A program made the position numbers and the translations under genes. Positions 30,346-38,599 of a DNA stretch of 64,000 bases are shown piece by piece. This stretch comes from an uncultured Bdellovibrionales bacterium (GTDB lineage Bacteria; Bdellovibrionota_C; UBA2361; OMII01): contig CAYPUA010000008.1 in NCBI GenBank assembly GCA_964413875.1, forward strand, positions 28,556 through 92,555, in the 5' to 3' direction. Each line of letters begins with the position of its first letter. Position 1 is the first letter of the stretch. The notes beneath the pieces were generated by a model. The model did not search any database. It was not told the origin of the DNA and saw nothing but the letters and a program-made list of their open reading frames with translations.

Positions 30346-31644
30346 ATGAAAGCACTAGGCTTAATGAGCGGAACGAGCGTCGATGGCTCCGTGAGCGCAG
30401 CGATCATCGAGACTGACGGTGCTGATGCCTCTACTCGTGTCGCTAACCTTGAGTATCGCTACGAAGATGAGTCAGGGCTGCGGCCGATTCACCACCTGAC
30501 GAAAGCAGCCGAGGTCGCTTACCGAAAAGCAGCCGGCGATCACTCGAAAGCTGCCGCGTGCTTCCAAGAGGCGTTGCGGGAATACTTAGCGGAAGCTCCG
30601 GGAAGTAGCGCAGCATCTCTTGATTCCCGATTGCGCGAGCTCCTCTCTGCCTTCTCTCCCCCCGCTGCAACCGCAGCCCTAAAGGATGTAGTGCAGCGCT
30701 CCACAGACGTCCACATCGCTGCCGCAAAAGCTGTCCTTGCCAAAGCCAGCATCCCATCAGAAGAGATTAGCTACATCGGCTACCACGGCCAAACGCTCTA
30801 CCACGATCCGCTCTTCAAGCGCATAACAGTGCAGGTCGGAGAGCCGCAGCGCCTCGCTGACGAGCTTGGAATCCCGGTCGTGTTCGATTTCCGGAGCAAT
30901 GACATCGCGCTCGGCGGCCAGGGAGCTCCGTTGGCACCGATCTACCACCGGGCTCTCGTGCGCGCCGCAGGGATACAATCGGCAGCTATCCTAAACCTTG
31001 GCGGCACAGCCAACGCAACCGTGGTGAGCGCAAGCTCCGGGCAGATGCTTGGCTTCGACACCGGCCCAGCGAATGGCTTAATCGACCGCTACGTCAAAGA
31101 GAAGCGTGGCATCGCGCTAGACCGCGATAGTCAGCTTGCTGAACGCGGGAGTGTGTCGGCAGAAGCTCTCAATGCCCTGCTCAGCCGCTCAATCATCTTG
31201 CAGGACGGGCGAAACTACCTAGATATCCAGCCGCCTAAATCGCTCGATATCCGCGACTACACCTACAAGCTCCCCGAGTTTGAGTCGCTAACGGTTGAGG
31301 ATGGCTGCGCAACGCTTAACGCCTTTACTGCGGAGTGCGTAGCCCGAGGCACCGAATGGATACGGCGCGCAGGGCTTGAGGTGCCGACTCAGTGGGTGCT
31401 GTGCGGCGGAGGAGCCTACAGCCCTCATCTGCGGACCCAACTCTCCGCGCGGCTCAACGCGCGCATCCCACAAGGGGTCACACTTAATTCTGCCGATGCA
31501 CTCGGCTGGTCAGCGCAAGGGATGGAGGCTGAGCTCTTTGCGTACCTCGCGGTTCGCAGCGCGAAGGGGCTGCCGATAACGTTCCCCGGAACGACAGGGG
31601 TCGCACAGCCGGCTGCCGGGGGCCGAATCTTTAAGCCGATGTAG
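30346..31644 (+). CDS. anmK: anhydro-N-acetylmuramic acid kinase
   Basis: 432 aa; MKALGLMSGTSVDG N-terminus; LNLGGTANAT; GFDTGPAN. Confidence 0.9.
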   Translation: MKALGLMSGTSVDGSVSAAIIETDGADASTRVANLEYRYEDESGLRPIHHLTKAAEVAYRKAAGDHSKAAACFQEALREYLAEAPGSSAASLDSRLRELLSAFSPPAATAALKDVVQRSTDVHIAAAKAVLAKASIPSEEISYIGYHGQTLYHDPLFKRITVQVGEPQRLADELGIPVVFDFRSNDIALGGQGAPLAPIYHRALVRAAGIQSAAILNLGGTANATVVSASSGQMLGFDTGPANGLIDRYVKEKRGIALDRDSQLAERGSVSAEALNALLSRSIILQDGRNYLDIQPPKSLDIRDYTYKLPEFESLTVEDGCATLNAFTAECVARGTEWIRRAGLEVPTQWVLCGGGAYSPHLRTQLSARLNARIPQGVTLNSADALGWSAQGMEAELFAYLAVRSAKGLPITFPGTTGVAQPAAGGRIFKPM

Positions 31645-31662
31645 GAGGCGGGCGACAACACT

Positions 31663-32244
31663 GTGCACACACCAACGTTGAACATCCTCAAGCCCCCTAC
31701 CTTCAACACCCCTCGGCTGGTCCTAAAAGAATTGGCCGAGGCTGATGCCCCGTCGTATGCCAAGCACTTCGTCGACTACGAGATAATCAGGCACCTCACG
31801 CATCACGTCCCTTGGCCGTATCCGCCAAATGGGGTGCTTGAGTACATCCGGACCTCAGTTATTCCCGAGCAGGGGCATGACCGCTGGGTTTGGGGCATTA
31901 GGCTCAAAGAGAATCCTGAAGAGGTCATTGGCGCTGTTGACCTGTGGAGAAAGGGGCGTCCTGAAAACCGTGGCTTCTGGCTTGGAAGGAAGTTTTGGGG
32001 GAAGGGCTACATGACCGAGGCAGTTTGGCCGGTGATGGACTTCGCCTTCAACACCGCCGGATTTGGGAAACTGGTCTTCTCAAATGCCGTCGGCAACGAT
32101 CGCTCTGCCCGCATAAAGGAGAAAACAGGAGCGCGGCGCATCAGCCAAATTGCCTTCAAACACGTCGACCCGGCGCTCACAGAGAGCGAGGTTTGGGAGC
32201 TGACCAAGGAAGAGTGGCTATCTCGGAATACCCCAGCCAGGTGA
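31663..32244 (+). CDS. GNAT-family N-acetyltransferase (RimJ/RimL-like)
   Basis: 193 aa, GTG start; acetyl-CoA motif WLGRKFWGKGYMTEA; NDRSARIKEKTG. Confidence 0.8.
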   Translation: MHTPTLNILKPPTFNTPRLVLKELAEADAPSYAKHFVDYEIIRHLTHHVPWPYPPNGVLEYIRTSVIPEQGHDRWVWGIRLKENPEEVIGAVDLWRKGRPENRGFWLGRKFWGKGYMTEAVWPVMDFAFNTAGFGKLVFSNAVGNDRSARIKEKTGARRISQIAFKHVDPALTESEVWELTKEEWLSRNTPAR

Positions 32245-32277
32245 GCAGATACACGCCCTTCCGTGGAGTCACCCGTC

Positions 32278-32790
32278 CTACTGCGAAGATGACAGGTCCC
32301 TCCTGCCCAGCCCCGTTGAAATAGCCCTCTCTAGCTCATCAACATCCTGAAGATCCGTCGCCCGCGCTATCCATCTCTTGTACCGAACCAAAAGGTCTAG
32401 CCGCTGGACCTTTACTGTGAGCCCGTAGGCCTCTCGCATCTCGACGGCTTCAAAGTCTGTCGGGTCATCCCTCCACACCTCTGCATTGGTATCGTAGACT
32501 CGGATCGACTCTGCGGCAGTAATGTCGATGAGCTGCCCTTGGTAATCGAGAGTCAGCAGGAACACGTCGAAGAGCTCGTCCTTGAAGCGTCTCGGGCCGC
32601 TGACCACGTACGGCTGCACTGCCGGCAGCAGCTCCCTGAATCGCTCTTCCGGAATATCGAGGTCGATGTCGTACACGGGACGGGTCCCGCCGAAAAGCCG
32701 CACCGCGAAACCGCCACCCACGACAAACGGGATCTGTCGTTCAGCGAGCAGCTTGCCAATCCACCGAAATGCCGCTTCAGTTTTATCCAT
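32278..32790 (-). CDS. minimal nucleotidyltransferase-fold protein
   Basis: 170 aa; FVVGGGFAVRLFGG...YDIDLDI matches the GG...DxD NTase signature. Confidence 0.5.
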   Translation of the reverse strand: MDKTEAAFRWIGKLLAERQIPFVVGGGFAVRLFGGTRPVYDIDLDIPEERFRELLPAVQPYVVSGPRRFKDELFDVFLLTLDYQGQLIDITAAESIRVYDTNAEVWRDDPTDFEAVEMREAYGLTVKVQRLDLLVRYKRWIARATDLQDVDELERAISTGLGRRDLSSSQ

Positions 32791-32818
32791 GTGCAGACCT
32801 GTTTACGTCATCGTGCTT

Positions 32819-33017
32819 CTGCACGTGAACGTTCCCAAAAGTGAAGTTTAAACTAGAACAACCACTCGGGCATGCTTTTTCGGAACCGTTCCCGTTGCCG
32901 TTGCCGTTCCCGCAATCTGGCCTGAAGGCTAAACGTGCACGTTACCGAAAGTGAACCCTCAACCGGCATGGCTACTTGAGCATGCCTTTTCGGAACCGGA
33001 ACCGTTGCCGTTGCCGT
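32819..33017. repeat. two tandem ~114-bp units ending in hexamer-phased tracts
   Basis: gcacgt(g/t)aac..gaaagtgaa...gcatgc(t/c)ttttcggaacc + (gttccc/gttgcc/ggaacc)n occurs twice: 32819-32912 and 32933-33017. Confidence 0.6.
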
Positions 33018-33064
33018 CAAAGAGATTATGCGGCTCCGGCTAAACCACTGCGTTACTCAGCGCT

Positions 33065-36000
33065 CTACTCAACGGTCCAAACCTTCCCTTCGCTATTGAG
33101 GTACATCTTCCTCATCTCCTCAAGGGTGAACGGGCGTGAGCCGATGCGGCCGAGAACGCTGACCTGATGGCCTGTCTCGTCAACCGCCCGGTCTCGGTCG
33201 AGCGGCTTCGAGAGCGCGAGTGCTGGCCCCGCTGTATGCTTTCTGGCGATAACCTTCGGCTTCACTGGTGGCGAGAACCCATAGAAGCCAGGCACACGGT
33301 CTGGGTCGGTGAGCTGCACCACCACGAGTCCATTCTTGCCGTCTGCCACGTAGCCGATCAGGCTGGCATTAGTCGTGGCAACCTTTACGTCGTGTGTGTC
33401 GTTAATCTCCCCATCTGCATTGAATCTGTCGTAGATGGAGGGCTTCTCCGGACGCTCCACGTCGATGATGACTACCCCCTCTTTTCCGCCTGCTACGTAG
33501 GCGTAGGTGCGGGCAACGTAGACGTTTCGTGCGTCTGGCAGCGAGATCGTTGCTCCCGGAACCTTGCGTGGCGTCTCTGGATGCGTGATGTCGAAGACGT
33601 GGAAGCCGTCAGCATCAGTCATGAAAGCGTAGCGGAACTGGACGGCGATGCCAGTTGGGTTCCGCGCTGGCAGCATTGCCTCAACTCTCGGATCGAGCGG
33701 ATCGTCTAGGTCGAGCACGACAACTTTATCGGGTGTGCCGATGAAAGCGCGGGCGCCGGTTAGGTATATGAACTGGGCTCCCGTCAGGATCCCATCCTCG
33801 TTCCACGTCAGCTCACGGTCGAGGAAGTTGTTGCGCGGCTCGCCATCCTGCAGCGTGTCGACGTTGACTACGATCAGGCCCTCAACGCCGTCTGAGATGA
33901 AGGCGTAGTGGTAGATCGGGTGCATCGGTGTCTCTAGGTTCTCCGGAAGCTGCTCCTTAAATGGCGCCACCGGCATGTTCGTCGGAAGCGCGAGTCCTGT
34001 CGCGTTCTCGCTTGAGACGTGGGTGTCTTGCCCGAGCGGCGAGACTGGGCTCGTGACGATTCGCTCTGAGAAGCCCTTGTTGGCGATGTTTGCGATGTCG
34101 TACACACGGAAGCCGTCTGGTCCGGCAGCCGTGTAGAGGTACTCCCCGCGCATCTGTATCGCGCGCGTGTTGCCACCCACACCGTGGTGCCGGTGGCTCT
34201 CCTGAAGCTCAAGGCCGTTCTCTTGGTGCGCCCGGAAGTAATCCGGGTAGGCGTACCTGTGCAGGTAGCTTCCGATCACTGCTTGCGGTTCGTCCCACTC
34301 CGTGACCTGAACTGCCTCAAGCCCCTCTTCGCCGGCCGCAATCCAGGTGTAGTGTCCCATGAAGTTGACGAAGTTCGTTCCGAGCAGGAGGAGCTGCGCC
34401 ATAATGGCGTTGTTGTCGTTCTCCTTCGAGACATGGCAGTCCTTACAACCCTTGGTCTCCGTGGTGCGAACGGTGTGCGGGAAGTGCGGAGCAAAGGCTT
34501 GAGAGCTGTAGCCACCAGCGGAAGTGGGCGGCTGCTGGATGTAGATCTTCTGGCGGTTGACATCCGTTGAGCTGAGAACCAAGGCGCTCGACGAACGGAT
34601 CGGGACGATCTTGCCGTTCTTTGCCGGTCCGTGACGGCCGAGCTGATACATGTCATCGCGCGCTACCTGTGGGTTGTACGACGCCCAGTTGCGCGTGGTC
34701 TTGAGCTCGTAGTGGTTCGATGGGCTCTTCCAGTTCGCTTGAATCGGCAGGTGGCAGCCGCCGCACGCGGTTGTCCACGAGCTGTGGCACGCGAAACACG
34801 ACATATCGCTGTTGGGGTGCGCCAGCTTCTCTTCGAATCCCGGCTCTGCTCCCTGGCTGCTTGAAGCAACCTTGTAGGTCTCTGCCCCCTCATCGAGCTT
34901 CATCACAAGCTTCGCCTTTGCAGCGCGCTTATTGTAGTCAGGGCTCGATGGATCGACTGAGTTTTTGACCTGCTTCACACGCCACTGCAGCCCCTTGGTC
35001 ACGAGGGACCGCTGAACAAGCTGGTCTCCCTCCCAGCTAAACTGCCGCTCACCCCACGGAGTGCGCTTGAGCGAGAGGTCGTGTCCTCCCTTAGGGGCTG
35101 CAGGGCCAGAGGTCTTGAGCGAAGCACGCTTCGTCAGGTCACCGTGGCAATCCTCACATCCGATCTCAACCGCTTGGGCAACTTCGCCGTAGATGTTCCC
35201 GTCTCCGTGCGTATCCTGCGCAAAATGGCAGTCGACGCACTGCATCCCGAAGTCGACGTGGATGTCCTGCAGGTGCACAGCTTTCTTGAACTTCTCTGGG
35301 TCGCTGAACGAAACCTGCTTGCCGTTCTTGTCGAGCAGGTTCCCCTTTCTGTCACGCTTGAAGACCGCGCGGAAGTTCCAGCCGTGGCCGTGGTAGTCGG
35401 CAAACTGGGTGGTTTTGAGTTTCGGGTTCAGGTCAGCAACGCGCCTCAGGAAGTCGATGTCGGTCCACTTCCCGCGCATCGCTGCCTCCTCTGGGTTGTG
35501 GGTCAACGAAGCATGCTTCTCTTCATCAGTCGGGTAGCGCTGCTTCTCCGGCCACATGCTAGGTGCGTCAGACTCGTAGTCCCACATCGTGTACCCGATG
35601 TAGGTGTTCACGAACATGTTGGGCTGGTGCATGTGACACACCATGCACTGGCTGGTCGGGATGGCGCGGGTGAAGACGTGCTTGAGCGGGTGCCCCTCCT
35701 CGTTCTTCGGGATGGTGGGATCGACGGTCACTGACTTTCCGTCGTGGCCGAACTTGGCGTATGGGCCAGAGTGTCGTGGGTCACGATCGTTGGCGTACAC
35801 CGCGTGGCACGAAGTACAGCCGCTGCTGCGGTAGTCACCAGGGTGATCGTTGGTGCCGAGGAAGCTCAGGTGCGGGTCATTGAGCCTGGTTTTATGGATA
35901 TTGAGGATCGGCACCGCGATGCGCGCTCCGGTGCCCGGCCCTCGATTGGACGCTTTGACGTCAGGCTTCCCTGGCTCCTCGAGCGTATTCGGCACGCCAA

Positions 36001-36781
36001 CCTCGGCGAACTGGGAGCGGTTAAAGATGCCGCCGCGCTCAAAGACGCGGAAGATATCTGCTGGCGCGAGCACCTCCCAGGCCGGGAGCGGCAGAAGCTT
36101 CTCCAGCGCACCGCGCGCCTTCATCTCATCCGTCAGAGGACGCGATTCGTCGTGCAGCACCGATGCTGGCTCACCCTGCTGGGTGTACGCCTCCCCGAGC
36201 ATGTAGCGCTTGAACGGCAAGATGCCGTTGTTGTAGGCCGCACCGCCCCACAGCATAGCCGAGGTCGTCATGAGGCTCTTCTTTACGGCGCTCGTTATCT
36301 CAGAGTGGCAGCCGCCGCACGCCTGGGGCGCGGCGCGCAGGTCGCCTGGATTGATGAAGCGCGCAAACTCCAGGGACTCCTCTGTGAGCTGGTTGTAGGT
36401 GTGCTTAGGGTTCGCTGATGTTGGCCACCACTCGGGGTGCAGCGGCTGAACGTGCGCCAGCTTCTTGGCTGCTTCGTACGCCGCATCACTTTCACGGAGC
36501 CCCTTGGCACGCACCGTGGCGTTGCCGCCGTGGCACTCCGCACAACCGATGTGAATAGCCGGATTCTCGTGCATCGTGGGTGCGTCTGTCTTAGTGTGGC
36601 AGTCGAGGCACCCGACGCTCGTCTCTGCCATCCGTACCGGACTGCCGTAGGGCTCGATAACATCCGTGTAGCGATCCTCTGCGAACAGCCCGGTGGAGAG
36701 GGCAACAGCGATCGCTCCGGCGGCCGCCATCTTCCACAAACTCCCCGCTGCTGCTGCCCTGGCTGTCATTGCCCTACTCAT
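33065..36781 (-). CDS. decahaem c-type cytochrome fused to C-terminal LVIVD-repeat beta-propeller
   Basis: 1238 aa; signal/anchor AAAGAIAVALSTGLFA; 10 CxxCH (CLDCH, CAECH, CGGCH, CTSCH, CMVCH, CVDCH, CEDCH, CFACH, CGGCH, CKDCH); LVIVD-like GLIVVNVD, VVVLDLDDP, GVVIIDVERP, GLVVVQLTDP. Confidence 0.85.
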   Translation of the reverse strand: MSRAMTARAAAAGSLWKMAAAGAIAVALSTGLFAEDRYTDVIEPYGSPVRMAETSVGCLDCHTKTDAPTMHENPAIHIGCAECHGGNATVRAKGLRESDAAYEAAKKLAHVQPLHPEWWPTSANPKHTYNQLTEESLEFARFINPGDLRAAPQACGGCHSEITSAVKKSLMTTSAMLWGGAAYNNGILPFKRYMLGEAYTQQGEPASVLHDESRPLTDEMKARGALEKLLPLPAWEVLAPADIFRVFERGGIFNRSQFAEVGVPNTLEEPGKPDVKASNRGPGTGARIAVPILNIHKTRLNDPHLSFLGTNDHPGDYRSSGCTSCHAVYANDRDPRHSGPYAKFGHDGKSVTVDPTIPKNEEGHPLKHVFTRAIPTSQCMVCHMHQPNMFVNTYIGYTMWDYESDAPSMWPEKQRYPTDEEKHASLTHNPEEAAMRGKWTDIDFLRRVADLNPKLKTTQFADYHGHGWNFRAVFKRDRKGNLLDKNGKQVSFSDPEKFKKAVHLQDIHVDFGMQCVDCHFAQDTHGDGNIYGEVAQAVEIGCEDCHGDLTKRASLKTSGPAAPKGGHDLSLKRTPWGERQFSWEGDQLVQRSLVTKGLQWRVKQVKNSVDPSSPDYNKRAAKAKLVMKLDEGAETYKVASSSQGAEPGFEEKLAHPNSDMSCFACHSSWTTACGGCHLPIQANWKSPSNHYELKTTRNWASYNPQVARDDMYQLGRHGPAKNGKIVPIRSSSALVLSSTDVNRQKIYIQQPPTSAGGYSSQAFAPHFPHTVRTTETKGCKDCHVSKENDNNAIMAQLLLLGTNFVNFMGHYTWIAAGEEGLEAVQVTEWDEPQAVIGSYLHRYAYPDYFRAHQENGLELQESHRHHGVGGNTRAIQMRGEYLYTAAGPDGFRVYDIANIANKGFSERIVTSPVSPLGQDTHVSSENATGLALPTNMPVAPFKEQLPENLETPMHPIYHYAFISDGVEGLIVVNVDTLQDGEPRNNFLDRELTWNEDGILTGAQFIYLTGARAFIGTPDKVVVLDLDDPLDPRVEAMLPARNPTGIAVQFRYAFMTDADGFHVFDITHPETPRKVPGATISLPDARNVYVARTYAYVAGGKEGVVIIDVERPEKPSIYDRFNADGEINDTHDVKVATTNASLIGYVADGKNGLVVVQLTDPDRVPGFYGFSPPVKPKVIARKHTAGPALALSKPLDRDRAVDETGHQVSVLGRIGSRPFTLEEMRKMYLNSEGKVWTVE

Positions 36782-38595
36782 TAGTACTGGAAGATTACGT
36801 TTGTAAATGCGTCGTAGAGCACCTGGCTGCCGAAGAGGTTCTTCTGGCCGCTGCCCGGAAAGAGCACTCCTGAGCCCACTCGGATCACGACGTTGTTGTT
36901 AAGGAATGGCCGGTAGAAAAACCCTGCCGAGAGGTCTACACCGATATCGCGCGTAATGGAGCCGTCCTGCCGAAGGTCCTGGAGCACCGCCACCTCGTCG
37001 AACTGCAGGAAGCTCGTGTTCGTTACGAGCTTCAGCTCTGGCAGGAGCTCGAAGTCAACTCCGACGTTGTAGACGCGAATACCTGGGTTTACGAAGTTCG
37101 CTTGCCCGAGCTCTTTGCCGGCCTTGAGGTCCGGCAGCAAGCTGTTGCGGTTCGTGAGGTTGACGCCACCGCCGCCAACGAAGGGGATCGCCTCACGCTG
37201 GAAGAAGGAGAGATCGCCGCCGGCGAAGTTTGGGTTGTCGAAGATAGAGTCAAAGCCCTCTGCCTGCCCGTCGTACGGGTCATCGTCTCCCGATGCCCAG
37301 AAGAAGGAGGCCCGGATTCGCACGAAGTCGATATCGTACGAAAATTCCTGGGCAAACATTGCGGCGTTGATGTCAACTTGTCGGTTGGCAATCTGGTTGT
37401 GACTCTCAGATCCCATGACGTAGTAGAACTGCGTGGTGGTGTTGACGCGCCCGACGTGGCCGTCGCCGCCGATACCGAAGTACGTTGAGTTTAGGTTCTT
37501 GAAGCGCTCATCCCCTATCGGGGCCGGACGCACGAGAAAGTTGTTGCGGTCGTACTTGTAGCCGGCGTCGCCGGCGTTGTCCTGTCGGTTCACGACGCTA
37601 AAGAGCATCGTGTGGCCCATGAACAACATGTCCTGCCGGTACATGTTCGCTGCAAACACGTTCTGGTGGCGGTAGTCGAAGGTAGTGTTGATGCCGGTGT
37701 TTGTGTCCTTGTCGAGGAGAAAGAACGCCGCCGCGTTAAACTGGGTCTTGTTGTTGTCGTAGTTGCCGAAGAAGCGCACGCCCGGCTCGTTGTCGTTGAA
37801 GAGAAATCCACGGAAGTCGGCGTTGAACTGCTGGATACCGATGCGTGTCGAGAGGAAGTCGTAGCGATCAGAGAGATTTGCTAAATGAATGTCCGCGAAG
37901 AGTTCCTGGAAGCCGGTTGCGTTGGCTGTGCGCGTGTCGCCAAAAGCTGGGTCAGCCTTGAGCAGGCCATTCTCGTTGGCGTAGAGGCGGTTGACCTGAA
38001 ATATCGGCGTGATGCGCAGCTCGAAGTCTGGCGGCTTGAAGGCTGTGTCTCCGCGAATGAGGCTGAACGAGGCGATTACGTTCTCTACCCAAAAATTCTG
38101 GTCGCCATCGCCGAAGACGTTGTTGCTGCTGGGGCGGCGCGTCGTGGCGTTTCCAACCGGAACTGGTATGCGCCTGGTCTCAAACATTGAGTCTGAGATG
38201 AGAGACGTTTCAACAAACCACTCCTCGCCGGGCTTGCCGAACGCGGGGATATCCGCCTTGATGATGTTCTGGTTGTACGGGTCGTAGTATTTCCCAGCGT
38301 AAAACATCCTCCAGCGGTCTGGGACTGCGATGAACTCGGAGGCTGAGTCCTGTATCGGGGGCATGGACTCGTAGATGTAATCCGGGAATGGCGGCGTCTG
38401 CTTGTCGGGGAACTGCCGCTCAAGGGCTTCACGGGGAACGTGCTCCTCAGTTTGCGGCTGCGACTGGGCTGAGGCGGGATGAGCAGTAAAACAGAGAACC
38501 AGCAGGAGAAGCGCGCCGAGGCAGCATCTCCCCGGGCAACGCCCGGCCTCCACAGCGCCCCACGTCCGGGGATGTGAAGCACATGGCTCTCTCAT
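36781..38595 (-). CDS. outer-membrane beta-barrel protein (porin-like)
   Basis: 604 aa; signal peptide ending HPASAQS; long alternating-strand region; C-terminal ..NVIFQY aromatic terminus; stop overlaps the downstream start (TAATG). Confidence 0.6.
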   Translation of the reverse strand: MREPCASHPRTWGAVEAGRCPGRCCLGALLLLVLCFTAHPASAQSQPQTEEHVPREALERQFPDKQTPPFPDYIYESMPPIQDSASEFIAVPDRWRMFYAGKYYDPYNQNIIKADIPAFGKPGEEWFVETSLISDSMFETRRIPVPVGNATTRRPSSNNVFGDGDQNFWVENVIASFSLIRGDTAFKPPDFELRITPIFQVNRLYANENGLLKADPAFGDTRTANATGFQELFADIHLANLSDRYDFLSTRIGIQQFNADFRGFLFNDNEPGVRFFGNYDNNKTQFNAAAFFLLDKDTNTGINTTFDYRHQNVFAANMYRQDMLFMGHTMLFSVVNRQDNAGDAGYKYDRNNFLVRPAPIGDERFKNLNSTYFGIGGDGHVGRVNTTTQFYYVMGSESHNQIANRQVDINAAMFAQEFSYDIDFVRIRASFFWASGDDDPYDGQAEGFDSIFDNPNFAGGDLSFFQREAIPFVGGGGVNLTNRNSLLPDLKAGKELGQANFVNPGIRVYNVGVDFELLPELKLVTNTSFLQFDEVAVLQDLRQDGSITRDIGVDLSAGFFYRPFLNNNVVIRVGSGVLFPGSGQKNLFGSQVLYDAFTNVIFQY

Positions 38596-38599
38596 CAGC

